Positions 27,772-37,500 of a stretch of 64,000 bases of DNA are shown one piece after another. The stretch comes from an uncultured bacterium (lineage in GTDB: Bacteria > Desulfobacterota > DSM-4660 > Desulfatiglandales > CALKZT01). Position numbers and translations under genes: made by a program. The stretch lies in contig CALKZT010000027.1 in assembly GCA_938002815.1 (NCBI GenBank), positions 6,492-70,491 of the forward strand. Direction: 5' to 3'. Every line of letters begins with the position of its first letter. Within the stretch, counting starts at the first letter, position 1. The notes below the pieces were generated by a model. The model did no database searches. It saw only the letters and a program-made list of their open reading frames with translations, and was not told the DNA's origin.

Positions 27772-29425
27772 AGAGATATTGAGGGGGATAGAAAGGGCCC
27801 CCCACAGGGCACTTTTTAGGGCAATGGGTATAGATGATTGGGAGCTGAAGAGGCCAATTATTGGGATCTGTAGCACCTATAGCGAGGTGATCCCAGGCCA
27901 CGTACACCTAAGGCCCATAGAAGATGCCATTAAAGCAGGGATATATTCCGAGGGCGGGACACCCATAGTATTCAATACCATAGGTGTCTGCGATGGAATA
28001 GCCATGAACCACGAAGGCATGAAGTACTCTCTGCCTAGCAGGGAGCTTATAGCAGATAGCATAGAGATAATGGTAAAGGCCCATCCCTTCGACGGCATAG
28101 TATTCTTGGGATCCTGTGACAAGATCATCCCTGGAATGCTCATAGCAGCAGTGAGGCTAAACATACCCTCTCTCTTTATCTCAGGGGGGCCTATGCTACC
28201 TGGGAGGATAAGGGATACAGAGGTGGGTTTGGACAAGGTATTCGAAGCAGTGGGCCAAAGGGCAGAGGGGAAGATATCCCATGAAGAATTAGTGGAGATG
28301 GAAGAATGTGCCTGTCCTGGGCCTGGTTCCTGTGCAGGTCTTTATACTGCAAATACCATGAGCAATCTCACAGAGGCCTTAGGATTTTCACTCCCCTACA
28401 ATGGATCCATTCCTGCTGTTTATGCACAGAGGTTAAGGCTTGGAAAGAGGGCAGGGAGGCAGATAGTGGAACTGGTACGCAAAGATATAAGGCCAAGGGA
28501 TATAATAACCAGAGGTTCCATAGAAAATGCAATAACCCTGGATATGGCCCTTGGAGGTTCCACAAATACCGCCCTTCACCTGACTGCCCTTGCCCATTAT
28601 AGGGGGATAAACCTTAGATTAACCGATTTTTCCCCCTTCACAGAGAGGGTTCCAAGGCTTGCATCCCTTGCCCCTTCAGGAAGATATCACCTATCAGACT
28701 TTTATCATGCTGGGGGAGTACCTGCTGTGCTCCAGGAGCTTAGAAAGAAAGGTCTCTTAAACGAAGGGGAACTCACGGTCACAGGAAGGACCATAGGAGA
28801 GCTCTTGGATGAGCTAAGACCCCAGATCAAGGTGAAAGGACCCATAAGACCCGCTGAGGATCCTTATGAGGCAAAAGGGGGCCTTGCCATTCTCATTGGG
28901 AATCTTGCACCGGCAGGGGCCATTGTGAAGAGTTCTGCAGTAAAGAGAGAGATGCTTGTGCACAAGGGACCGGCCAGGGTCTTTGACTCAGAAGAAGAGG
29001 CAACCAGGGCCATTCTCTCTAGGGCCATAAGACCGGGTGAGGTTGTGGTAATTAGATATGAGGGACCCAAAGGAGGGCCAGGGATGAGAGAGATGCTTAC
29101 CCCCACCTCTGTCCTTGCAGGAATGGGTTTGGACGAGTCTGTGGCCCTCATCACCGACGGGAGATTTTCTGGAGCCACAAGAGGTGCCTCCGTTGGCCAT
29201 GTATCCCCTGAAGCCGCCTCAAGAGGGCCCATAGCAGTGGTCAGGGATGGGGATATTGTTGAGATCAACATACCCCAAAAGACCCTGAACCTGCTTCTGG
29301 AAGAAGAAGAGATCCAAAAAAGGCTTCTCTCCCTTCCACCCTTTGAGCCCAAGATCAGGGAGGGTTACCTTTTTCGGTATGCAAACCAGGTTTCCAGCGC
29401 AGACATGGGGGCAGTGCTACTCTGA
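27761..29425 (+). CDS. ilvD: dihydroxy-acid dehydratase
   Basis: Matches IlvD throughout (APHRALFRAMG, CDGIAMNHEGM, CDKIIPGM, ITDGRFSGATRG). 554 aa. Confidence 0.95.
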   Translation: MRSEEILRGIERAPHRALFRAMGIDDWELKRPIIGICSTYSEVIPGHVHLRPIEDAIKAGIYSEGGTPIVFNTIGVCDGIAMNHEGMKYSLPSRELIADSIEIMVKAHPFDGIVFLGSCDKIIPGMLIAAVRLNIPSLFISGGPMLPGRIRDTEVGLDKVFEAVGQRAEGKISHEELVEMEECACPGPGSCAGLYTANTMSNLTEALGFSLPYNGSIPAVYAQRLRLGKRAGRQIVELVRKDIRPRDIITRGSIENAITLDMALGGSTNTALHLTALAHYRGINLRLTDFSPFTERVPRLASLAPSGRYHLSDFYHAGGVPAVLQELRKKGLLNEGELTVTGRTIGELLDELRPQIKVKGPIRPAEDPYEAKGGLAILIGNLAPAGAIVKSSAVKREMLVHKGPARVFDSEEEATRAILSRAIRPGEVVVIRYEGPKGGPGMREMLTPTSVLAGMGLDESVALITDGRFSGATRGASVGHVSPEAASRGPIAVVRDGDIVEINIPQKTLNLLLEEEEIQKRLLSLPPFEPKIREGYLFRYANQVSSADMGAVLL

Positions 29426-29426
29426 G

Positions 29427-30104
29427 ATGGGGAAAGATAAAGATATAAGGGAGATGTTTGACCGGATCTCAGAAAGATACGATCTCTCCAATACCGTTAT
29501 GACGTTTGGTATGGATAGAATCTGGAGGAGGAGCCTCATTGATCTGGCCAGGATAAGGCCGGGGATGTTGGTCCTGGATGTGGGAACAGGCACTGGGAAG
29601 CTCCTGAAGCAGGCCTATAAAAAGACCGAAAACGGTATAGGGCTCGATGTGAGCAGGTCCATGCTGAAGATAGCCAAAGATAGGATCGAAAGGGCCTATC
29701 TTGTGGAGGGGGATGCCACGGAGATCCCGTTTAAGACCGAGTCTTTTGATAGGGTTGTCTCAGCCTTTTTGCTCAGAAATGTACCAGATCTTACCAGGTC
29801 TTTGAAGGAGCAGGTAAGGGTACTAAAAAGAGATGGGATATGGTGTGGCTTAGATACCATGCCTACCTCTCCCCAGAACCCCTATGGGGTTCTTGTTAGG
29901 TTTTACTTTCGGAAAGTAGTGCCCTTCGTGGGGCAATGGATCTCAAGGGACAGGGATGCTTACGAATACCTCTATCTTTCAACCATGTCCTTTAAAACCC
30001 CACAGGAAATGAAAAGGATACTCAAAGAGGTAGGCTTACGGGATATAAGGCAGAAGACCTTTGCCTTTGGTACCACAATTGCCTATTATGGAATCAAACC
30101 CTAA
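29427..30104 (+). CDS. ubiE: demethylmenaquinone/ubiquinone-type SAM methyltransferase
   Basis: FDRISERYDLSN...MTFGMDRIWRR and SAM motif VLDVGTGTG are UbiE/MenG hallmarks. Start ATG 29427 lies 1 nt after the ilvD stop. Confidence 0.8.
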   Translation: MGKDKDIREMFDRISERYDLSNTVMTFGMDRIWRRSLIDLARIRPGMLVLDVGTGTGKLLKQAYKKTENGIGLDVSRSMLKIAKDRIERAYLVEGDATEIPFKTESFDRVVSAFLLRNVPDLTRSLKEQVRVLKRDGIWCGLDTMPTSPQNPYGVLVRFYFRKVVPFVGQWISRDRDAYEYLYLSTMSFKTPQEMKRILKEVGLRDIRQKTFAFGTTIAYYGIKP

Positions 30105-30113
30105 ACTTAAGGG

Positions 30114-30998
30114 ATGGGAAAAGAGATGGAATCCAAATTTATACCAATACCCCTTTCAGATCCCCAGTTCAGAGACTTCTTTTGTAGCTACCTTATAGAG
30201 GGCAAAAAGGTATGCCTTGTGGATGTGGGGCCTTATAACGGCCATGGTGAACTGATAGAGAGACTTGAGAAGCTAAATGTGGATACGATAGACTATATTC
30301 TCCTTACCCACATCCACATAGACCATGCAGGCGCCCTTCAGCCAGTACTGGATGCCTACCCGATGGCCAGAGGGGTCTGCCACGAAATGGGTATAAAATT
30401 TTTGGCCAACCCTGATTCCTTTTGGGATGCCAGTGTAAAGGTACTGAAGGAGCGGGCCATCCAATACGGTAAGCCTGCGCCGGTGCCCACAGAAAGACTC
30501 ATTTCCCACAAAGAGGCCTCTATACCAGGCGTTCGAATTCTGAGTACCCCCGGTCATGCACCCCATCACCTATGCTTTTCAACTGACTCGGAGATCTTTT
30601 TGGGTGAGGCAGGAGGGAACCATTTCTATGTAAACGGCCGCGACTACCTTAGGCCTGCAACACCCCACAGATTTTTCTTAGATCAGGCAATAACGAGTAT
30701 AGATCTTCTTATGGAGACCAGAGTGGATAAGCTTTGTTATGCCCACTGTGGGAAGGCGGAAGATGGCCAGAGGCTTTTGAGGGATTTTAGGGATCAGCTC
30801 AAATTTTGGTATGATTCGATATGGGAATTTTACAAGAATGGAGACAGCCTTGAACTCATAATAGATAAATTGCTAAGCAAAGACATCAGATTAAAAGAGT
30901 TCAAAAATATGGATTCAGACGAACAGATAAGGGAGCTCGAGTTTTTGAGGAACTCAGTCTTGGGGTTCTTAGGATTCATAAAGGAGAGAGATAAATAA
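30114..30998 (+). CDS. MBL-fold metallo-hydrolase
   Basis: HxHxDH motif LLTHIHIDHAG and a downstream TPGHAPHH. Confidence 0.75.
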   Translation: MGKEMESKFIPIPLSDPQFRDFFCSYLIEGKKVCLVDVGPYNGHGELIERLEKLNVDTIDYILLTHIHIDHAGALQPVLDAYPMARGVCHEMGIKFLANPDSFWDASVKVLKERAIQYGKPAPVPTERLISHKEASIPGVRILSTPGHAPHHLCFSTDSEIFLGEAGGNHFYVNGRDYLRPATPHRFFLDQAITSIDLLMETRVDKLCYAHCGKAEDGQRLLRDFRDQLKFWYDSIWEFYKNGDSLELIIDKLLSKDIRLKEFKNMDSDEQIRELEFLRNSVLGFLGFIKERDK

Positions 30999-31669
30999 TG
31001 CCTCATCACAGTCATGAGAGAGAGAATTTAAAAAGGCTTTTGCTTCAGAACGAACCCGTGTTCTATGAAGATATTCTCAAGGTTTTTGATGCATTTCAAG
31101 CGTCAGAAGACCATGTTACAATTGAAGAATTGAAAAAGAAGCTTCAAGATAAGGGGATTGTCTTAGATGAAAGAACTATTCAAGATTATATGTCCAAAAT
31201 TGTAGAATTTGGTTTTGCTATCAAAAAGGAATTCAAAGATCAGCCAGCCAAATTTGAACATAGACATTTAGGGTTCCACCATGACCATTTGATCTGTATC
31301 AGATGCAACAAAATTGTGGAATTTGAGGATCCTACCTTGGAAGATCTACAGGAGCAGATAGCCAAAAAGCATGGTTTTAATATCTTGCATCACAGGATGG
31401 AAATATACGGGATTTGCGAGGATTGTAGGCACAAAATAAGAGACCTAATGCCCCTCAACATGGCAAAGCCAGGTGAAAAATATGTAGTAAAAGAGATAGT
31501 GGGAGGAAGGATGGCAAGGCTTAGACTCTTTTCTATGGGGATCAGGCCAGGGGACATCCTTGAAGTGATATCTGATTCGGTGGGAGACGGGATCGTAGTG
31601 GCAAGGGGAGACACAAGGCTTGCAATAGGTAAAGGAATGGCCCAAAAAATCATGGTGGAGTTGACATAA
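30998..31669 (+). CDS. Fur-family metalloregulator fused to a C-terminal FeoA (SH3-like) domain
   Basis: Fur part: winged helix plus HHDHLICIRCNKIVEF and IYGICEDC metal sites. C-terminal 75 aa: PLNMAKPGEKYVVKEIVGG...RLRLFSMGIRPGDILEV is FeoA-like. Confidence 0.75.
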   Translation: MPHHSHERENLKRLLLQNEPVFYEDILKVFDAFQASEDHVTIEELKKKLQDKGIVLDERTIQDYMSKIVEFGFAIKKEFKDQPAKFEHRHLGFHHDHLICIRCNKIVEFEDPTLEDLQEQIAKKHGFNILHHRMEIYGICEDCRHKIRDLMPLNMAKPGEKYVVKEIVGGRMARLRLFSMGIRPGDILEVISDSVGDGIVVARGDTRLAIGKGMAQKIMVELT

Positions 31670-31724
31670 GAGAAAAAATTAAGTAGCCAATATATCTTTC
31701 ACAGTCCCTTGGACCTCTTAGGAG

Positions 31725-32564
31725 ATGATCCTATCCTTTCATCCCATTATAAAGGCCCACAAAAACATAGTGGTGGCGGATAAAGAGGGTATCTCCAATA
31801 GGGTGAAGAGACTTATAAGAGGGGCAGATGCCGTGATCCTGCCGCAAGTTGCCCCATTTTTCCTCATTGAAACCCTATTGGAGTACCAAAAGCCACACTT
31901 TCCTGATCAGTCATTGAGAATAGGATGGCGAAACAAGGTGGATCAGTTGAATAGCTTTCATTTATGGGGGGTGGACTATCCTAAGACCCTTGTATTTGAA
32001 GATCTCAATAGCCTTTTTGCCCACAGTACCCTACTATCCCAGAGGCCTGGCTTCCCCTTCTTGATAAAATCCGCCAACGAGCACGAAGGTAATAACATCC
32101 TACTGGTTGAAGATGAGAAGGGACTAGAGGAACTCTATGGAAAGAGGCAGGATATCTTCCTTTCAAGTCCCCTGCTGGTTCAGGAGTACATAGAGAGCCA
32201 AGGATATGTCCTGAGGGTTGTAACCCTCTATAAGGACTATGTGGGCTATTGGAAGAAGGGGGATTCCCTGGTGGTGAATATCAGCAAAGGGGCAAAGATA
32301 GTAGAAGATTTTCGGCCTGAGCTCATAAGGGAGGGAATTGAAAGCGTAAGGAGGGTAAAAACCCAGACAAGACTGGACCTGGCAGCTGTAGACATGGTCT
32401 TTTCCTTAAAAGAGCCAGCTTGCCCTTATTGGTTGGAGGTGAATTTCTTCTTTGGCAGGAAAGGCTTAGGGGGGAGACATGGATTCTATAAACTGCTCTT
32501 GAGCTCAGTATCTCATTGGCTCACCGACCTGGGCCTTAAGCCAGAGATAAGCCTATGGGTTTGA
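31725..32564 (+). CDS. ATP-grasp domain protein (RimK/glutathione-synthetase-like)
   Basis: PFLIKSANEHEGNNILLVED...LVQEYIES...LRVVTL...DLAAVDMVF follows the ATP-grasp pattern. Confidence 0.55.
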   Translation: MILSFHPIIKAHKNIVVADKEGISNRVKRLIRGADAVILPQVAPFFLIETLLEYQKPHFPDQSLRIGWRNKVDQLNSFHLWGVDYPKTLVFEDLNSLFAHSTLLSQRPGFPFLIKSANEHEGNNILLVEDEKGLEELYGKRQDIFLSSPLLVQEYIESQGYVLRVVTLYKDYVGYWKKGDSLVVNISKGAKIVEDFRPELIREGIESVRRVKTQTRLDLAAVDMVFSLKEPACPYWLEVNFFFGRKGLGGRHGFYKLLLSSVSHWLTDLGLKPEISLWV

Positions 32565-32957
32565 GGGCAAAAGCTTCACAAAGGCCTTTCTGTTCCTTGG
32601 TCCGTCAAACTCACAGAAGAAGACCCTCTGCCAGGTTCCCAAAACCAGCCTCCCTTCCTCCACCAGGAGGGTTACAGAACTTCCCACAAGGGTGGCCTTA
32701 ATGTGGGAATCTGCATTTCCCTCTGTATGGTGATACCCTCCCCTATGGGGGACAAGATCAGAGAGTCTTTCCGTGATGTCCCTTGTAACATCTGGATCTG
32801 CACCCTCATTGATGGTAATGCCAGCTGTGGTATGCGGTACATATACAATACATATTCCACTTCTTACCTGCGACTCTGAGACACATCTCTGTACCTCGCT
32901 TGTTATATCCAACATAGTAGATCTTGCATTTGTTCTTATCTGTATAGTCTCATACAT
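32553..32957 (-). CDS. yjbQ: YjbQ/UPF0047 family protein (secondary thiamine-phosphate synthase type)
   Basis: VYVPHTTAGITINEGADPDV...HTEGNADSHIKATLVG...LGTWQRVFFCEFDGPR is the characteristic YjbQ sequence. Confidence 0.85.
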   Translation of the reverse strand: MYETIQIRTNARSTMLDITSEVQRCVSESQVRSGICIVYVPHTTAGITINEGADPDVTRDITERLSDLVPHRGGYHHTEGNADSHIKATLVGSSVTLLVEEGRLVLGTWQRVFFCEFDGPRNRKAFVKLLPSNP

Positions 32958-32966
32958 ATAAGCCCC

Positions 32967-34043
32967 CTAAAATTCCATAGACCTTTGCTTTTGTTCTCTG
33001 TTATAAATGGCTTTAAGAAAGATTTCCAGTGGTTTCTTGAGTAGATTTTTATACTTTTGATTAAACAAGAACATCAAAACAAATAATTCTTTTTTTACTT
33101 CTTTCCCTAAAAACTTTGAAAAAAGTATCTCATCTTTAATAGCCAATAGTATTTCTTCTCTAAGCTCTTCTGTCAAAACCTTGTTTGTAACCTCTTCCAA
33201 AAGCTGATCTACATTGTAACTGATAATTTCTTTGCTGAGACTGATCTTAGGATTTACAATATCACCGTATTTTAGAGCATACTCCTTGATGAGCTCGTGA
33301 TCCACAAGTATCTCTCCCATAGTAAGTATGACTTCTGTTTCATCAAAATTTTCAATATCATCAAAATCTTTTGGACCAAGATATCTGTAGAAAATTGAAT
33401 CAACATTCAGAGTTGCTGCTAAAGCCAAGCTTTCTAAAATTAACTTGGCATCAAAATCCATAGCAGCAACCTCTTGGGCACTGGTATTTTTATATGAAAG
33501 TTTTAAGCTTACAAATGCATACTCGGGTGGAATACTGATAAATTCTAATTCGCTCTCTCCCTTTATCTTTTCAAAAGTAGGCTTGTCAATCAAAAATGCT
33601 CTCTTTATGCCCATTAAAGGTGAGTAGCATACATAAAGGTAAAGGGATTTTGAAAGGAATAAGAATGCTACTCTCACCCTTTTAAATCCACAAGGTATAG
33701 ATGAAAAAGCCTTTTTTATGGGATTGGACTTGACAGGATTTATGTATACCACCTTCGATATGTACTTTTCAATTATAGTTTCATCTGTTTTTATCCCCTT
33801 TTGTGAGAGGTCATGTGAGAGCGTTTTGATTGCTTTTTGTATTTTCTTTGATCGGAACTTTTCCAGTATTGCATTCAAAACAGGTCTACTCCATATAAGC
33901 CTCTCACGCATTCTATCTATCATTCCTAAAGCAATCTCTTCTGTTTCCAGTACCTCCTTTATCATATCTGACTCTTCGGATGTAAGGAGCTCATCCAGCC
34001 TTCTAATTAACATATCAGTAGATTCAGAGCCTTTCCGCTTCAT
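32967..34043 (-). CDS. hypothetical protein (358 aa, strongly AT-rich gene, no recognisable domain)
   Basis: Long ORF whose ATG sits directly after the pyrR stop (TAGATG). Predicted soluble and helical. No family recognised. Confidence 0.6.
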   Translation of the reverse strand: MKRKGSESTDMLIRRLDELLTSEESDMIKEVLETEEIALGMIDRMRERLIWSRPVLNAILEKFRSKKIQKAIKTLSHDLSQKGIKTDETIIEKYISKVVYINPVKSNPIKKAFSSIPCGFKRVRVAFLFLSKSLYLYVCYSPLMGIKRAFLIDKPTFEKIKGESELEFISIPPEYAFVSLKLSYKNTSAQEVAAMDFDAKLILESLALAATLNVDSIFYRYLGPKDFDDIENFDETEVILTMGEILVDHELIKEYALKYGDIVNPKISLSKEIISYNVDQLLEEVTNKVLTEELREEILLAIKDEILFSKFLGKEVKKELFVLMFLFNQKYKNLLKKPLEIFLKAIYNREQKQRSMEF

Positions 34044-34592
34044 CTAACCCTTTCTCTCCTCAATGGCCACATGATCAGAATGGCCCATTTCCCTCAGGTA
34101 CACATTTACCTTTCTGTCCACCGGCACATCCAGAGTGATCCCCACAAAGTTTGCAACTATGGGCAGCTCCCTTGCCTTTTCTCCCCTGTCCACAAGTACC
34201 GCCACTTGGATCTTTTGGGGTCTACCCATGTCCATGATGGCATCCATGGCTGCCCTAATGGTCCTTCCCGTAAATATTACATCATCCACAAGGACTATTA
34301 CCTTCTCATCCACATTGAAGGGAATCTCTGTCTTACCCACCATAGGGACCGTTGAAATACGGCTCCAGTCATCTCTGTAGAGGGTAATGTCCAATATACC
34401 CAGGGGCACCTCAAATCCATAAGATTTAGCAAATACATCTGCTATCCTCTTTGCAAGGATTGCCCCACCTGTCCTTATGCCCACTATACATAGGTTTTCT
34501 GTCTCAGGCGTCTGGGCCAAGATCTGATGGCATAAGGAACGGATCCTCTCCTCCACCTCCTTCTCTCCCAATACTGTCACCTTTTGTGCCAT
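34044..34592 (-). CDS. pyrR: bifunctional pyrimidine regulatory protein / uracil phosphoribosyltransferase
   Basis: PRPP motif VIVLVDDVIFTGRTIRAA and PyrR-type N-terminus (ERIRSLCHQILAQ...LCIVGIRTGG). Start ATG 34592 is preceded by GAGGA and lies 2 nt after the giant gene's stop. Confidence 0.85.
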   Translation of the reverse strand: MAQKVTVLGEKEVEERIRSLCHQILAQTPETENLCIVGIRTGGAILAKRIADVFAKSYGFEVPLGILDITLYRDDWSRISTVPMVGKTEIPFNVDEKVIVLVDDVIFTGRTIRAAMDAIMDMGRPQKIQVAVLVDRGEKARELPIVANFVGITLDVPVDRKVNVYLREMGHSDHVAIEERKG

Positions 34593-34594
34593 TT

Positions 34595-37500
34595 CTATCC
34601 TCGATTCCTTACACTTCCCCTTCTCTGTACCCAAATAATACCCATTAGTGCACCAAGGCTTAAAGGGATGATTAACAGGAAGGGGTGTAGTACGGCAAAG
34701 ACAACGGGATAAAGCCCAATTCTAACCACTGCCCTCAAGGCCTCATTCTGCGCGATTATTTCTGCTATGGGAGGTGAAACCCTATAGTAAAACCCCACAA
34801 AGGACCTCCCCACGGGATTAGACATCAGATGTCTATCCCGAAACCTCTTAAGCTCCACCACATAGGGGTGTAGCCCACTTCCATAGGCCGCAGTGGCAAT
34901 GAAGCAAGAACCCCCACCTCCTGCTCCACCTCCTGTCCCTGTGGTAGTGCCTGTCCCCGTTCCTGCTTGGGTAGTGGTGGTGGTCGCTGTCTCATCGCCC
35001 ACCACTATGGGATCGTATATTACACCTATCTGGGGGTCTTTGTCACAGTCAGAATTATCTTTCAGCTTAAAGCTCAGGTCCCCACCTTTAAGCTGGACAT
35101 TGGAGATACCCGAGCAGGCATTGGAAGGATATAGCTTGCACCAGTTGTTGTTTTTGTCCACTTTGTAGAACACAGGATTTGAAGGCAGGTCACTGAACTT
35201 AAAGGTGAGGCTCACCTCCTCTGGGGCATTGGTCAAATAGACCGAGACTGCATCCTTTGCTTGAAAATTACTGGGTTTGGCACCCGGAATCTCTTCTGCC
35301 TTAAGGGGTATAGTTTCAACCATAATACCATCAGTAGTGGATGTGGCCGCAGCCTTAACCCCTGCACCCACCACCGAGAGCTGGTAGATAAACTGGCTAT
35401 CTTTCTCGTTAAAGCTGATATTACCCTCGTAGGATTTAACCTGAGTGGGCAAGAATTTCACGCTTACAGTACTGGTATAGCCTTGAGATCCATATTCAGA
35501 TAGGGTCATGGGGAAAGTCCCTTCCACCTTAAATCCTTCTGAGACCCCAGGGGATAAAAGCGTCAACTTCTTAGTAGTCTTGTTTTCAATGACGAGCTCC
35601 TTTTGTGAAAGGCCTCCCTTTACCACACTTCCGAAATCAAGGTAGGTAACCTCTACTCCCTTTTCCTTAAATACAATCTCACCCTTTTGGATCAGTTGGG
35701 CTATGGCAGAGCCTGAAATTCCTACGGTGATAGGCGTAGGCTTAAAGTCAAAGAGGATTTTCATGTTTGAACCAAACTGACCCGCCTGTATAGGGCTAAA
35801 CTTTACTACCAACTGAACTGTTTCTCCGCTTGCCATTTCATAGGGAGTTGTAACCTGGTTTGAAATGCTAAAGGGGGCAAGAGGGGGATCTATGGAGAGG
35901 ATCTTTACCTTGGTGGGATTTTCATTCTTGATGCTAAGGAGCATGGAACTTGTCTCCCCCACCTGGATCTGTTCAAACCCAACGGGAAATGGAGTTATTG
36001 TCACCTTGGACTGGATGGCCTGGCCCTGTATGGAAACCGTCTGATTACCGTTTATGGCATCTGTAGAAATAGTTATGGAAGATGTAAAGAGGCCACTGTT
36101 ATTGGGAGAAAAGTTAATAAGGGCTGTAATGGTTGTGTTCGGTTGAAGTGTAGCAGGAAGAGCTGAACCCAAATTCAAGGAATAAGGAGAGCTTAGAGAT
36201 GTTATAGATGTAATTGTGAGGGTGTCGTTACCCTCGTTTCTTATCTCTAAGGGGAGGACCGCTTGGCTGTTTACAACAATAACCCCAAAGTCTAACTGGC
36301 TTGGGGTTATCGCAACCTTACCCCCTTTTCCAGCTCCTTTTAAGATCACACCTTGGTTGCCTCCATTCGTCTGTATGTTAATAGTGCCTTCATAGGTTAC
36401 AACATCTGTGGGAGAAAATTGAATCGTCAAGCTCTTTGACTCTCCTGCTGCCACCTTCTCAGGACAAGAGCCTTTAAGGGAAAATCCCTGTGGGAAACTC
36501 CCACACGAGGAGACTATCAGGTCGTCATCTCCTTCATTGCTTATAGCGACAGTGCTATTGGTTGTTGTATTGGCCTTTTGTGTTCCAAAATCTATAAAGG
36601 TAGGGTTCAGTTTCAATACCGGAGCAATACAACTGGCCTGGAGCCAAAGGGTCCTCTTAAGCCCTGGTTTGTCTGTATTGATAACAACCTCCACGAGATG
36701 AGTTGCCCTTTCAACAGGCGCGAATCTCACAGTAAAGGTCTTCTGTTGCCCTGGAAGGAGCGTAAACGGGAATGTAGGGTTTTCAACGATACTAAAAGGC
36801 CCAGATATCCCGGCAATAGATGTCACCTGATATTCAATCGTCCCGTTGTTGACCAAAGAAAACGTAAGGTCTTTAGTTTGATTGGGCTTTATGGAGCCAA
36901 AGGCGAGGGTCCCGTCATCTGTGCCGTCCCCTTCCTGAAGGGTAAGATCAGGTGATACAGAAATACCCTGCAATGCTACGGTCCTCTCCCCTGCATTGCT
37001 CTTTATGGTAAAAGAGCTCATAAAGGTCCCTTCTCCATCGGGGGAAAACTTTGTGGTCAAGGTCACCTCTGCTGAAGGGACCAATGTAAGCTGTGTGGCA
37101 GAACCTGCCTCAGAGCATGCTGCTAATTCTTTGGGCAGGTTAGAGAAGGAAAAGGGTGTGAGGGTGGCCGGGTCTGGCGAGATACAATCCACACTTATGC
37201 TCACATCACCTGTGTTCTTGATCTTAAAGGAGTAAGTGGAAAATTGGCCCTTCGTTATGGACCCAAAGTCTATGAGCGCAGGGGCCAAGGGGGTGTTGTC
37301 CAGCTTCAGGAGGGTCAGCTGTGGCTGACCCAAGGAAAACCTCTGCCCATATATGTCAGAACCTGTGGTCGAAGTGTTTCTGCCATCTTTCCATACAGTT
37401 AGAAACAGGTTTTCCAAGGGGTTGTAAACCGTAACAGGTGCCAGCTGGTTAGATCCTTGGGTGCTTATGGCATAATTTGTTCCCCTCAAGGTGCCCTCTG

